Source: a virus (lineage: Duplodnaviria; Caudoviricetes). Taken from it: a stretch of DNA of 61,012 nucleotides. The notes below the pieces were generated by a model. It was not told where the DNA came from, made no database searches, and was given only the letters and a program-made list of their open reading frames with translations. The position numbers were made by a program, and so were the translations under genes. Below, in pieces: positions 11,519 through 22,100 of the stretch; the first letter of the stretch is position 1; every line of letters starts with the position of its first letter. The DNA is taken from IMG/VR virus record IMGVR_UViG_3300031841_002149, positions 1 to 61,012 of that record; one strand, written 5' to 3'.

Positions 11519-11759
11519 AGTCGCAGTATTGAAAGTCCGTATGGACAACGCCGAGGCGGATATACGCCGCCACGAAATACTTATTGAACGCATAGCAGAT
11601 ATGCAAGGCGAGATGAAGACGGGGTTGACGGAAGTGGCGACGGAACTCAAGGTGACAAACGGTTTGATCGAGAAGAATATGGGGATGCAGCAGAAGGTGA
11701 TGTTCGGGCTATTAGCCATGCTCGCTTCTGCTCTTGGAATAGGGACACAGGTGATGTAG
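11511..11759 (+). CDS. Coiled-coil plus C-terminal TM protein (XhlA/holin-like)
   Basis: Heptad region followed by VMFGLLAMLASALGIG, the architecture of XhlA-type lysis proteins. Confidence 0.5.
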   Translation: MSEVAVLKVRMDNAEADIRRHEILIERIADMQGEMKTGLTEVATELKVTNGLIEKNMGMQQKVMFGLLAMLASALGIGTQVM

Positions 11760-12128
11760 ATGCCGGAGTATTGTCTAGCAAGTGATGTGGGATCAAGGTT
11801 GGGGTTAAACAGCGCACAGCGCACACAAGCGTCAAGCAGGTTGACGACAGCGATTAGGAGGGCCACGATAGACGTTGACCAATGCTGGCGTGATTATGGG
11901 CGAGACGTTCCCTCCACGGGGGCTACTGATGGGGGTAGCGGCCTCTATACACAAACTGATACGCTAAAAGTAATTCGTGAGATATGCGCTGACCTAGCAG
12001 CCGCCTACTACATGGAGGACGAAGGCACTTTCCAGACAACCGGGCCTGACGGTACGTTGAGAGGTGGAGTGTTGAGAGAGCGTGGCGAGAAGAACCTTAT
12101 GCAGATTGCACACCTCGGATCTATCTGA
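11760..12128 (+). CDS. Putative head-tail adaptor
   Basis: Y..ASDV...AI.RAT.DVD...IREICADLAA.YY pattern of gp6/gp15/gp36-type adaptors, located upstream of the tail genes. Confidence 0.6.
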   Translation: MPEYCLASDVGSRLGLNSAQRTQASSRLTTAIRRATIDVDQCWRDYGRDVPSTGATDGGSGLYTQTDTLKVIREICADLAAAYYMEDEGTFQTTGPDGTLRGGVLRERGEKNLMQIAHLGSI

Positions 12129-12137
12129 GGTGATTGC

Positions 12138-12884
12138 ATGGTGACTTTGAAAGAAAAAGCAAGGCAGCAAAGGGAAGGTAGAATCTATACTGCTGTTAAT
12201 CTCTACAAACACCCCGGATTTCCAAAGATAAGTGCAATAAACGCACTAAAGACAAACACCACGAAGACGACGGAACAAAAAGTAAACATGGCTGCCAAAG
12301 ACATAGAACTTATGTCAAACCAATACGAGGGTGAAAAAGGGGCAGCCTTGAGAAAGGAGTCTAATAATTTATTCAAGAGTAGAAAGAAGCAGCCTATGGC
12401 TGGTTTTGCCGCTTACTTTAACACAAGAGAAATGAAAAGTGGTATAGAGGCAATCAACAAGGTGATTAGAGAGAAGATGCACTTAGAGATGATAAGGGGT
12501 TCAAATGAAGGTGTATCACAGACTGCATCTCACATAAGAACCATGACAAGGGAATTCAAGTCTAAGTATTTACCCAACAGGGCGGTTGAAGGTGATCTGT
12601 ATCATACCATAGCCGATTCTTTGGAAGCACATGATATGCAAGAGGGAAGACAGAAGAACCAATTCATCAGCCTTAGAGTGGGTTCGTATGATGTCGGTGA
12701 TGATAAGAAGAACCCTACAGGTGTAAGGGGTAGTAGAATGGACAAAGGAGATCCATCTCTCATCGAATTGACAGAAAGGGGAACAGGAACGCTTTCCCGA
12801 ACCACCTCACCAAAGGCAGGGACAAAAAGAATTAAAAGACTCTTAAAGGGTAAGAATATTGCGGGTGTGACTCGTAAGAGGTGA
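12138..12884 (+). CDS. Basic hypothetical protein (possible neck/tail completion protein)
   Basis: 248 aa, GAGGTGA ribosome site, lies between adaptor and terminator-like genes. Confidence 0.45.
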   Translation: MVTLKEKARQQREGRIYTAVNLYKHPGFPKISAINALKTNTTKTTEQKVNMAAKDIELMSNQYEGEKGAALRKESNNLFKSRKKQPMAGFAAYFNTREMKSGIEAINKVIREKMHLEMIRGSNEGVSQTASHIRTMTREFKSKYLPNRAVEGDLYHTIADSLEAHDMQEGRQKNQFISLRVGSYDVGDDKKNPTGVRGSRMDKGDPSLIELTERGTGTLSRTTSPKAGTKRIKRLLKGKNIAGVTRKR

Positions 12885-12888
12885 TAAC

Positions 12889-13947
12889 ATGGCTATAGCA
12901 ACGAAGACACAGTATTGGACCTCCCGCATGAAGGGTGGCGACCCCACCTCCTTGAGCGGCACGTTCAACGACGACTTCACGCTCGCATCGGGTAGCGGGT
13001 CTGCTTCCGGTGGAGATTGGGTAATCACCAACGGCACATACTCGATAGCCCCCACAGGAACGGCTAACACATTGGTAGCGGTCTTGGAATACACGACTGC
13101 CCCTGACGATGACACGGTTCTCATGAGCATAGATGACGGGAGCAAGAGAGTTGAGGTACGTTCCACAGGGAGCAACACCTCGCTCAAACTCGTAGGGACC
13201 ACCACGGTCACTATCAGCGACCTTGACTTGGCTAAGGCGGAGGAAAACCCAACTACCCTTATTTTGCGTCTTACGCTTGACGGGACGGACGCAAAACTCT
13301 ACACGCATGAGATCATCAACGACGACGATGGAACGGCTGTATTCGCTTCTGTGACGGCTTCTAACAGTAGTTCTACGGGAGTAGTGTGGGGCAACACAAG
13401 CGGGTCGGTGAAATGGGGTGCGGTCTACTACTCAAAGTTCGGTGCTTTCGCCCCCGACGAGTTGCTTCTCTCAGACTTCGCACAGGACACGCTCGCACGC
13501 ATGGGCCTCGGTATAGTTGACCAACTCAAGAACTCAACTAGGCCATACCTCAAGACGCAAGTTCCCGACTCTTCAATCGTGTATGGGTACGATCTATCAT
13601 CCGAGATGACCAACAGATTGCACACACCCACGATACACGTTCTCATCAGCGCACTAAACTCCCCTACCTTTGAGTCCTTGGGTGGCGCGAAGATCACGCA
13701 GAACTATGACGTGCAGATATTTGTGGCTACCCGTGGCACGAACTATGAAAACTCCTACAGATCGGGACTGAACATTCTCGGAGAGGTCTTCGATGAGTTA
13801 TACACGCAGACCGGCGTGCAGGGAACGACAGATAGCATCATACAGTATGACGCGCAACTAGATTCCAAGATAGACGACGACGAGACAGTGTGCGTTCACG
13901 TCCTCACAATGACCTATATGCGCCGCATAGATATGCGTCACAGATAA
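12889..13947 (+). CDS. Putative tail terminator with N-terminal beta-rich extension
   Basis: GAGGTGA ribosome site. The C-terminal region (PTIHV...YDVQIFV...VHVLTMTY) resembles tail-completion folds. Immediately upstream of the tail tube gene. Confidence 0.5.
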   Translation: MAIATKTQYWTSRMKGGDPTSLSGTFNDDFTLASGSGSASGGDWVITNGTYSIAPTGTANTLVAVLEYTTAPDDDTVLMSIDDGSKRVEVRSTGSNTSLKLVGTTTVTISDLDLAKAEENPTTLILRLTLDGTDAKLYTHEIINDDDGTAVFASVTASNSSSTGVVWGNTSGSVKWGAVYYSKFGAFAPDELLLSDFAQDTLARMGLGIVDQLKNSTRPYLKTQVPDSSIVYGYDLSSEMTNRLHTPTIHVLISALNSPTFESLGGAKITQNYDVQIFVATRGTNYENSYRSGLNILGEVFDELYTQTGVQGTTDSIIQYDAQLDSKIDDDETVCVHVLTMTYMRRIDMRHR

Positions 13948-13998
13948 GAATATTAATAAAGCAGTCAGTGTGTCCTAAGACCACATAGAGGTGTACCT

Positions 13999-15030
13999 AT
14001 GGTAGAGTTCCTGAACAGATATGTATCGATAGAAAAAGAATCAACATACGGGACCGAGCCTTCCGGCACTCCGATTTACGGAGAGGTCGATGATGAATCG
14101 CTCGCAACGACGTATGACTTGATGACAAGGCAAGACATGAGCAGACCGATTTCTTCAAAGTCCGTGACCGGCACTGAGAGGTCCGAGGGTGACATCAACC
14201 TCGCTATGCAGGTCGATGACTTTGTAGGTAACTTGCTTTACGCTTTCTTCCCACAAGACACACAGACCACTGACGGCTCACAAGAGCAGCACGTTCTAAC
14301 TGAGCCTTCCTTGACAAGTGCCTCCGGTGGCGTTTACCCATCGTGGACTATCCGTGTCGGTAGAGAGGAAAAAGAACACACATTCACCGGAATGGTGGCT
14401 AACTCACTAAGCGTAAGTGCATCTGTGGGTGAGTACGTCATGATGGGTGTGGGCTTCTTGGGCAAGAGCGAGTCTGCCCCTGCTGCTTTGGCTACGGCCA
14501 CCTTCGACGGTGCTGCGCTCGATGCTCTTTACTTCGCTAACGGCACAGTCAAGTTCGATGATGGTAGCGGAACTGCACCAGCAGCCTCCGCAAGCGTCAA
14601 GTCCATTTCCTTTGACATCAACCTAAACAGGGACACGGACAACGCATACGCAATCGGTAGCCCTTCATATGGGCGTGCGCCACCTGCACAACGCAGGGAG
14701 ATCAGTGGGACCATCGAGTTCAACAAGGTTCTCTATGGCGACCAAAGCCTAGATGAGCCTGACTACGATGCCCTAGTAGCCTCAGACGGTGTGGCATACA
14801 ACGATGGCACTGACGCAGTTATGACCTTGGACTTCCTAGACGAAGCCGGTTCCGACTTCATCAAGTTTGAGTTCTTCAACATTAGGTTTGAAGCCCCCGA
14901 AGCATCTGTAAGCGGCAGGGACACGAACACTATGACTGTAAACTTCATCGGCCTCTATGATGACAATTTGGGTGGAATGAGAGTGACTGCCAAAGGCGCA
15001 CAACTCAGCGCAACCGAATATGACGCATGA
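13999..15030 (+). CDS. Major tail tube protein
   Basis: N-terminal EKESTYGTEP and SFDI..N......IG......R.ISGTIEF pattern typical of tail tube proteins. Followed by chaperones and tape measure. Confidence 0.8.
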   Translation: MVEFLNRYVSIEKESTYGTEPSGTPIYGEVDDESLATTYDLMTRQDMSRPISSKSVTGTERSEGDINLAMQVDDFVGNLLYAFFPQDTQTTDGSQEQHVLTEPSLTSASGGVYPSWTIRVGREEKEHTFTGMVANSLSVSASVGEYVMMGVGFLGKSESAPAALATATFDGAALDALYFANGTVKFDDGSGTAPAASASVKSISFDINLNRDTDNAYAIGSPSYGRAPPAQRREISGTIEFNKVLYGDQSLDEPDYDALVASDGVAYNDGTDAVMTLDFLDEAGSDFIKFEFFNIRFEAPEASVSGRDTNTMTVNFIGLYDDNLGGMRVTAKGAQLSATEYDA

Positions 15031-15039
15031 GGTGATTAA

Positions 15040-15228
15040 TTGCACGAAGACCTAGCAAAAGACTATGACTTAGACGAGAAGGACATGGCTACGCTCTCCA
15101 AGATCGAGTCAAAGAGCGTTGCACTTAGATTCCTCAAGAGGTTCCCTAAGAAGGTAGCCAAGCCCGCTCCTAAGAAGAAAGCACCGGCCAAGAAGGTCGA
15201 GGTCGAGGAAGAGAAGGGTGATGAGTGA
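15040..15228 (+). CDS. Small Lys/Ala/Pro-rich protein
   Basis: TTG start after GAGGTGA; contains KKVAKPAPKKKAPAKK. Confidence 0.55.
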   Translation: MHEDLAKDYDLDEKDMATLSKIESKSVALRFLKRFPKKVAKPAPKKKAPAKKVEVEEEKGDE

Positions 15229-15425
15229 TGGCTAACAACGGCGGCACTGTAATCACTGATAAGACTAAGTTGATGGTCAGCAGATTCGCTGGCACGGCTG
15301 CTGAAGTGCAGACTGCGTTCAGGGCAGCCATAGCCAACAACGATGTAGTCATTTCCTGTGACGTATCAAGAAGGAAGAACAGCGAGGACATTGCTCTCAC
15401 TGTCGTTTGGTATGACGTAGCATAA
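15225..15425 (+). CDS. Hypothetical protein
   Basis: 66-aa ORF coupled to the upstream stop. Confidence 0.55.
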   Translation: MMANNGGTVITDKTKLMVSRFAGTAAEVQTAFRAAIANNDVVISCDVSRRKNSEDIALTVVWYDVA

Positions 15426-15492
15426 ATATTTATTAATGCTATAATGTTTAATTTATTCTGAGCGGGCCTGTGGGCCATAGAGTAGTGATACC

Positions 15493-15843
15493 ATGCCGGT
15501 AATGAAGAAAGAGATAGAGTTAGACGACGGACGAAAGATTTGGGTGAGGCAAGCCTCCGGTATGGAGAGGCTCAAGATCACTAACATTCAGGGTAAGGCT
15601 TTCCGCAAGATGCGACACGCCGGAACTCCCGACAAGTGGACTGAGGAACAGAACGAGGAATTTGCCTCTATTGTAGATGACATGGGCGGTGGGATAGAGG
15701 CTCAGATAGAATCATGGGTTCCTGCTTGCATTCTCGATGAGGATGTCGATGTCAATATGCTAACGTTTGAGGAACTGAACAAGATCCTTCAGTTCGTCCG
15801 TGGTGACGATGAGGATGGTGCGGTCCCTTTTCAGAATTCCTGA
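15493..15843 (+). CDS. Tail assembly chaperone (gpG-like)
   Basis: Acidic 116-aa protein between tail tube and tape measure, ending in a slippery heptamer. Confidence 0.75.
   Translation: MPVMKKEIELDDGRKIWVRQASGMERLKITNIQGKAFRKMRHAGTPDKWTEEQNEEFASIVDDMGGGIEAQIESWVPACILDEDVDVNMLTFEELNKILQFVRGDDEDGAVPFQNS
15825..15831 (+). other. -1 programmed ribosomal frameshift site C CCT TTT
   Basis: X XXY YYZ heptamer in the correct phase. The -1 frame is open (TCA GAA TTC CTG ATG) into ORF 15843..16145. Confidence 0.7.
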
Positions 15844-16145
15844 TGGTCGCACCGAGCCTTTGCATGGCCTTCAAAGGGACACTTCCTTCTGACCTATGGC
15901 TCAAGTATTCCGTGGAGGGTGGTCGTCACCTGATGGACATGGACTTGGTTGTGGCTGCTGAGATAAACGACAAGATCAGCGAGGCTACCAGCGAGGTTAA
16001 GAAGCGAGATGCCAAAGGTGCAGTAGCCCGCAGGGACCAAAGGCGTGAGCAACGCAAACTCTTATCAAACAATATGGATCTACTCGACATATTGAGCGAA
16101 AGCGGTGTTCCGGTTGAGGGTAAGCGAAGTGAGGGTTCTGAATGA
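15843..16145 (+). CDS. Tail assembly chaperone, frameshift extension (gpT-like)
   Basis: Lies in the -1 frame of the upstream ORF, directly before the tape measure gene. Confidence 0.7.
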   Translation: MVAPSLCMAFKGTLPSDLWLKYSVEGGRHLMDMDLVVAAEINDKISEATSEVKKRDAKGAVARRDQRREQRKLLSNNMDLLDILSESGVPVEGKRSEGSE

Positions 16146-19100
16146 TAGAAGCGTTGGGAAGTAGCCTATTGTTGGGGTATCTTTCCCCTGTCGCACTGTT
16201 CACGGCAGCCATCTGTCTCCTTGTTCTTCGCGCTGGTGCGTCTAGGGTTTTCTTCGACATTGTTGGTACTTTCCAAGCCACCAAGATGATCAACGATGCT
16301 CAATCCGCCGGAACTGTGTTTGAGTCGATTTACCTAGATACTCTTACGGGAATACAAGAATCAGCCCAAGAACTAGGCGAGATATTTAATAATCTTACTG
16401 ACAGTGTGGTTCCGATAGCAAGGGAACTAGCCGAGGCAGAGATACAATTAGACAAGTTCCTTGAGGCCGGGTTAGACGTAAGAGAAGTGAGGGAAGACCT
16501 AGAAGGCATCGGTATGGCCTTCGGGTTCGCTGGCGATCAAGCAATGGAAGCAGCCGCTAAGATGGCGCAGATAAGCGGTGTTCTCGGTGCTGGTTCCTTG
16601 GCTACGGGAACGCAAATAGGTATGGAGTTCGGCCTAATTAGCGGTATGGAAACCGAGGCTGCTATGCAGAGGATGATCAACCTTCAACAACAGACTAAGT
16701 TTATGACTGACGGTATCAACGAGAATGCCTCTGCCGAAGAGAGGGCCACTAAGATAAGGCAAAACTCAATGTTAGTTCTCGACCAACTGAACACGATTGA
16801 GAACCGCTCGGCTGCTACGATGGAGCAGATAACCTTCGTCATGAACCAATTCGCTTCACAGGCCCATCTTGCCAATGAGGAAATAAGAAGCATGGCCGCA
16901 CTATCGGCGGTCATGATTGAGACAGGTGAGGAACAGGGTAAGGGTGGTCGAGCCTTGCGTATGATGTTCGCTAGGTTGGGTTCCAACATCGGTGGCGCAA
17001 GAGATGAGATGGAGAGATTCGGTGTTCAGGTTGTGGACGCAGAAGGTAATATGCGACCTCTATCAGTGATGCTAAAAGAACTAGAGGCAGGTTTCTTCGC
17101 CCAAACCAGCGCACAGCAACAGAACACAGCGCAGGTCATAGCCGGAAACAGGCACTACACACGTTTCCTCAAGTTGATGACCAACCTTGATCGCGTGAGG
17201 GAATTGGAAATAGAGTCAGCAATGCGTCTATTCCCCGCTATGGATGAGATAGAAAGAAGAAGAAACAGCGAACTTTTTCAACTTGAGCAATCGGAAGCAG
17301 CATTGAGAAACTACTCTGCTGCTTTAGGTGAGGCACTCATACCACAAATGACAAACGTAAATATGATACAAGCAAATTTCATGAAGACGCTTGCTGAATT
17401 CGCAGAGGGTCCATTAGGATTCATAGTTCCCGCCGTTATGGGCTTGGCTAAGTCCTTTAGCACAGTGTTGGGGCCACTTGTCAACACGGTGATTACCTTC
17501 AAGAGCCTCAGTATATCCATGCAGACGCAACTCGCTGTTATGCGTGCTTTGAACCAACAGCAGCAAACCTCAAACGCATCAACCATAGCAGGGAACGTAG
17601 CGAATAAAGATGCGGCTGTGCAATATCATTTCCAACAACAAGCGTTGCAAGACTTAAATAGAGAAAGAGAAATAGAAAAAGGATTACTTGAGCAGAATAT
17701 GAATTTGGCTTCACTTAGCACGGATGCGCTATATGAATATCTTGCGGCGGCAGAAAGAGACTTGGAAATCTTAAAAGACAAAGATATAATAAAACAAAGA
17801 TTAATAGAAAAAGAAGAAATATTAACTGAATTAATATATAGAAAGGGTGCGGTACTAGAACAAGAGAATGCAGACAAGGAGGCCGCAAATATAAGGGATA
17901 GGCAGCAGATTGAAAACGCAAAGCAAAACGCTGCCGCTATGAACGGTCTGACTATGCAGATGATGGGTGCTGGAACGGCCCTAATGATGTTCGGTAAGAA
18001 TCAAAGGGCAATGAAGGCAGGTATGGTATTGAATACTGCTGCTATAGGGGCGCAGATATTTCAAATGATTATCAAGAATGCAGAATCCATACAGGCCACA
18101 TTCAATACAAGGGCCGAAACACAAGCGTTGCTTGCAAACACAGGAGCATTAGGGGCAAACACAAAAGCAAGAGCGACTAATAATGAGGTGGCGCGTGCAG
18201 GTTCAGCAGCAGTAGGTATGGGAACGAAAGGCTTCGGTAAAGCACTGATGCGTTCTGCTGCTATGATGGGCGGTATGGCTATTGCTGCTGTTGGTGTCAG
18301 TTATGCGTTAGATAAATTCCTATTCAAGACGAAGAAGGCGAAGAAAGAAGTAGACGACTTATCATCTTCCCTGATTAGCGCAACGGATGTATTGGGCATA
18401 ATGGCAGAAGAGGGATTCACAGTCGAATCCTCTCAACAAATAGTAGATGAGCAACAAGCGATAGTAGACTCTATAAGAGTACAGTACAAAGAGGGTGAGA
18501 AACTAAACGCCTTAGATCAACAAAGGCTTGACACGGCAATGAAGTTAAGAGATGAACATCAACTAGCAATAGATCAAACTGAGAATATGGCTAATCTAAC
18601 AAAGGTATTGGCTATGGACTCAGAGGACTTGGCTACCTTTGCTTCAATGGACATAGATCAACTCAGAAGAAGCGCAAGGGGGATGGAAATACACACAGGA
18701 TCAGTTTCAGAAAACTTAGCAGAAACGATAAAAACATATGAAGATACTCAAGATGCCCTAGGTGCTTATGGTGAGGAATTCGTAAGAATATTCAAAGAGA
18801 CAGGCGATATAGAACAAGCCAAGGCCGCACTACAAGGGTATTTGGACATAATAGAAGATGGTCTTGCGGGAAATGGCGCAGGTAGCATCGCTGATTCTGT
18901 TGAGGTGGCGAACAATACCCTTACTGATTTCCTAAACACAAGAGAAGAGATGTTCCACGGCTTCAAGGCCGATAAGTTAACAGGTGACTTGGTTAGACAA
19001 GTCCAACAACAGGGAGTCGAGACATTGATAACAAGCACGGAGGTAGTCATGACCAACGTGTTCAACGGTATGACGATACCGGAGATGGCTGACTTATTGA

Positions 19101-19162
19101 TAGAAGAGATAGAGATTAGAGGTAGGGCGAATGGCTTCAACGTCACCGCTAACGTAGCGTAA
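16142..19162 (+). CDS. Tail tape measure protein
   Basis: 1006 aa, Ala/Gln-rich and helical. G..GGRALR.M..RL...GVQVVDAEGNMRPL core of TP901-type tape measures plus hydrophobic segments. Confidence 0.85.
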   Translation: MIEALGSSLLLGYLSPVALFTAAICLLVLRAGASRVFFDIVGTFQATKMINDAQSAGTVFESIYLDTLTGIQESAQELGEIFNNLTDSVVPIARELAEAEIQLDKFLEAGLDVREVREDLEGIGMAFGFAGDQAMEAAAKMAQISGVLGAGSLATGTQIGMEFGLISGMETEAAMQRMINLQQQTKFMTDGINENASAEERATKIRQNSMLVLDQLNTIENRSAATMEQITFVMNQFASQAHLANEEIRSMAALSAVMIETGEEQGKGGRALRMMFARLGSNIGGARDEMERFGVQVVDAEGNMRPLSVMLKELEAGFFAQTSAQQQNTAQVIAGNRHYTRFLKLMTNLDRVRELEIESAMRLFPAMDEIERRRNSELFQLEQSEAALRNYSAALGEALIPQMTNVNMIQANFMKTLAEFAEGPLGFIVPAVMGLAKSFSTVLGPLVNTVITFKSLSISMQTQLAVMRALNQQQQTSNASTIAGNVANKDAAVQYHFQQQALQDLNREREIEKGLLEQNMNLASLSTDALYEYLAAAERDLEILKDKDIIKQRLIEKEEILTELIYRKGAVLEQENADKEAANIRDRQQIENAKQNAAAMNGLTMQMMGAGTALMMFGKNQRAMKAGMVLNTAAIGAQIFQMIIKNAESIQATFNTRAETQALLANTGALGANTKARATNNEVARAGSAAVGMGTKGFGKALMRSAAMMGGMAIAAVGVSYALDKFLFKTKKAKKEVDDLSSSLISATDVLGIMAEEGFTVESSQQIVDEQQAIVDSIRVQYKEGEKLNALDQQRLDTAMKLRDEHQLAIDQTENMANLTKVLAMDSEDLATFASMDIDQLRRSARGMEIHTGSVSENLAETIKTYEDTQDALGAYGEEFVRIFKETGDIEQAKAALQGYLDIIEDGLAGNGAGSIADSVEVANNTLTDFLNTREEMFHGFKADKLTGDLVRQVQQQGVETLITSTEVVMTNVFNGMTIPEMADLLIEEIEIRGRANGFNVTANVA

Positions 19163-19171
19163 GGTGAGTGA

Positions 19172-22100
19172 ATGGTAAGGACTGTCAACAAGAAGTACCA
19201 AGTGTGGCTCGCTGGCTACTACGATGACTTCAACGGAGCGAGAGCCATTCCCGATGACACCAACAGTCCGGGTTCCACAAGAAGTCATAGCAATTCCCAC
19301 CACGGCAACCCGATGAACGGAGAGGCCACGTTGAACCCCCGATACCGATGGGCCGAGCCTGATAGGGATCAGACCGGATCGAATCTCTACGCTTCCTCCA
19401 CCAACAAGTTCTTGCAGAACGACGGTGTGTTTGAGTATATCTCGTATGACGATACAAGGCAAAGCAGCAGCGAATGGGAAGGTAGGGCGCAGTTGCAATA
19501 CCCCGACGGCCACGTTGCCAACAGATACAGGTTCGCAGGGTCAGGTAGCGTGGGCTACCAACGGTTCGTTAACGGCTACGACACCATAGGCTCGTATCTC
19601 GTTCCCACAGGCAGCAACGACGCTACTTTCGGTAGGGCGGCCATGAACGGCTACACAAGCAGCCTGTACGAAGACCCTTTGGAGGCGGATCAGTCAAACG
19701 CTGGTGTCACAGACACCACAGGGGATTTCGTGCAAAGGGCGCACCTCGCTGGTGTGTGGATGGGTGAGCAGTTTCAGGAAACCTCATCAAACACACCCCA
19801 CACCCTGTTTGCCGAGGTCACTTCCCCCGCCAAGAAGCCGTTCCTAGTCGTTCAGTCCTCAAGGTGGGACAGCACCGACAATGAGAACACACCGACTTTG
19901 ATCTACGATGGTCCTTTGAATACAAGACTCGATGGCGATGTGTTTACAACGCGCCTTTGCTTGAGGACGTTGACGGGGGCCGGTACGACGAATTGGAACA
20001 AGATAAACCTTCAGTTTGAGATAGGCTTCGCAGCACCAACAAGCGCACTGACGGACACAGGGTTCAGTGGCACACCAGCCGTTGACTTCACCATACCTAT
20101 CAACGACACAGGACTTGTTATTTCCCCTAACATAACATACGACCAAACAGGTCTGCTATACAATGACCTAGATCAAGAACAATCTTATGACAACGATGAC
20201 GCTTGGCTTGACATAGACTTCGTTATGGACTACACCAACACTAGATACGACATATATGTGAACGGAACAAGGGTCAAGCAAAACCAAGCCATGAACGGAT
20301 CACCCACACCAGCCGATCTATACGGCTATCAAATCACTGTCAAGAACAACAGTTCTCACACCCAAAACGGTTATGTTTCCTACTTGATGGTTGATCGTGT
20401 AGGTGTAGTCAGATACTTGACGGACAACGTGACGGGAGACACAGACGATGCCCCCATCACAAGCCTGAAGATGACCCGATCCACTAATGGTATATCTTCC
20501 TGTCAAGTAAAGGTATCGGACATACCTGACTTACACACAGACGGAGTGAGGGGAAGTGTCGCAGCAAACTACGCACACAACCTCAAAGACCTATTTGTGG
20601 CTACCTCCGCCCTTGATTGGAACTTGCTCATCTTCGGTGACACCGACACAAGAATGGACAGGCCACTGTGGAGGGGTATAGTCGAGAAGTTCAACATTAC
20701 ACAGAAAGCAAGAGACAGGAATCTCACATTCGATGCACGGGACTCTCTTAGCGTCATGGACCGCACCGTTCCCCTGTGGGAAGTAGGACAGGAGGCACTG
20801 AACGACAGCGAGGAAGACACACCCTATTGGCTCTATGAGGCCAAGGGATTCAAGGATGTCATGAACATGGGTGTCACAAAGTTAAAACTTCTCAACAACG
20901 ATTTGGGTTTCGACAAGGATAGCGGCCACATAGAGACATCCACGCAAAGGACGCAGTTGGGTTCCGGCCATCCCATACAGATGTATAACAACGAGAACTC
21001 GGTGTATGGTCCCAACGACGTAGAGAACTATTATGAGGGTCTTGGTGTCACTTGCGTCTACAAGAATGCGAGCGGCCACACAGTAGTAGAATTAGAGCGT
21101 GATCCCGGCACTCTCAGCACGGGAATCAACTTCATCAACTTTACAAACCACAACGCAACAAACAAGACCGTAAGCACTCAATCATCCGATGGTAAGACGC
21201 TGACGTTTGACGGGTCTGTTGCTGCTCAAACACTTACTTTTACGGGAGAAACAGCCAAGATCATCTATATGGGGAAGGCTTGGGGTCCGTTCTTCGATTA
21301 CCAACTATACACCAATATCCCACCATACAACCAACAGTGGCCTAGCATAGACTCCACGCACCCAAACAGCACATACTATGGAACCTTCGGCAACGCTGCT
21401 GACCTACACTTCATCTTCGATGCAGACCCCGGCCTTTCCGTAGGCGATGAGTTTGCGATAAATGGCGTAAACGATGCAGGAACCGCAACAGTTCCTTCTG
21501 CCTACATAGGGAAGCATAAGGTAAAGCAGATACAAACCACCAAGTCATACTTCAATGACACGATAACAGGCACAAACGACGCTAAGATTTGGTGGGTCAA
21601 GACGCACACACAGTATCAAGGTAGCGAACTAGGAGACTATTCTGCGAACACACTACTATACTCAACAGCACGGGTAAGTTGGTCTAAGGATAAAGGTAAT
21701 ATTGACACCGTAGAGGAACTGCCATACAGGGCCTTGCACGCCCGTTGGATGCGTGACCTACCTCAATCGCTGTGGTTCCAATACCACTTCGGAGTGATAA
21801 ACAAAGACGCTGTGAACAACGCCAATCTAGCACAGCAAGCGATCAGTGCCAGCCAAACCCTCACATCATCGAGCAACAAACTACAAGTCACTTCTACGAC
21901 TTACTCAAATGTGCCACAATACGGTGTCGCTGAGATTTGGCAATGGAATGGAACAGGTCCGGTGAACAGCAACAACTTGGTCTTTAGGGGTAAGTTCGTG
22001 TATCAAGGAAAGGTGACATCAGGAAGTGACTACTATCTGATAGGATGCAAGTATATGCCTACTATTACCGTGGGAATAGTATCTACCTACTACTTGAAGG

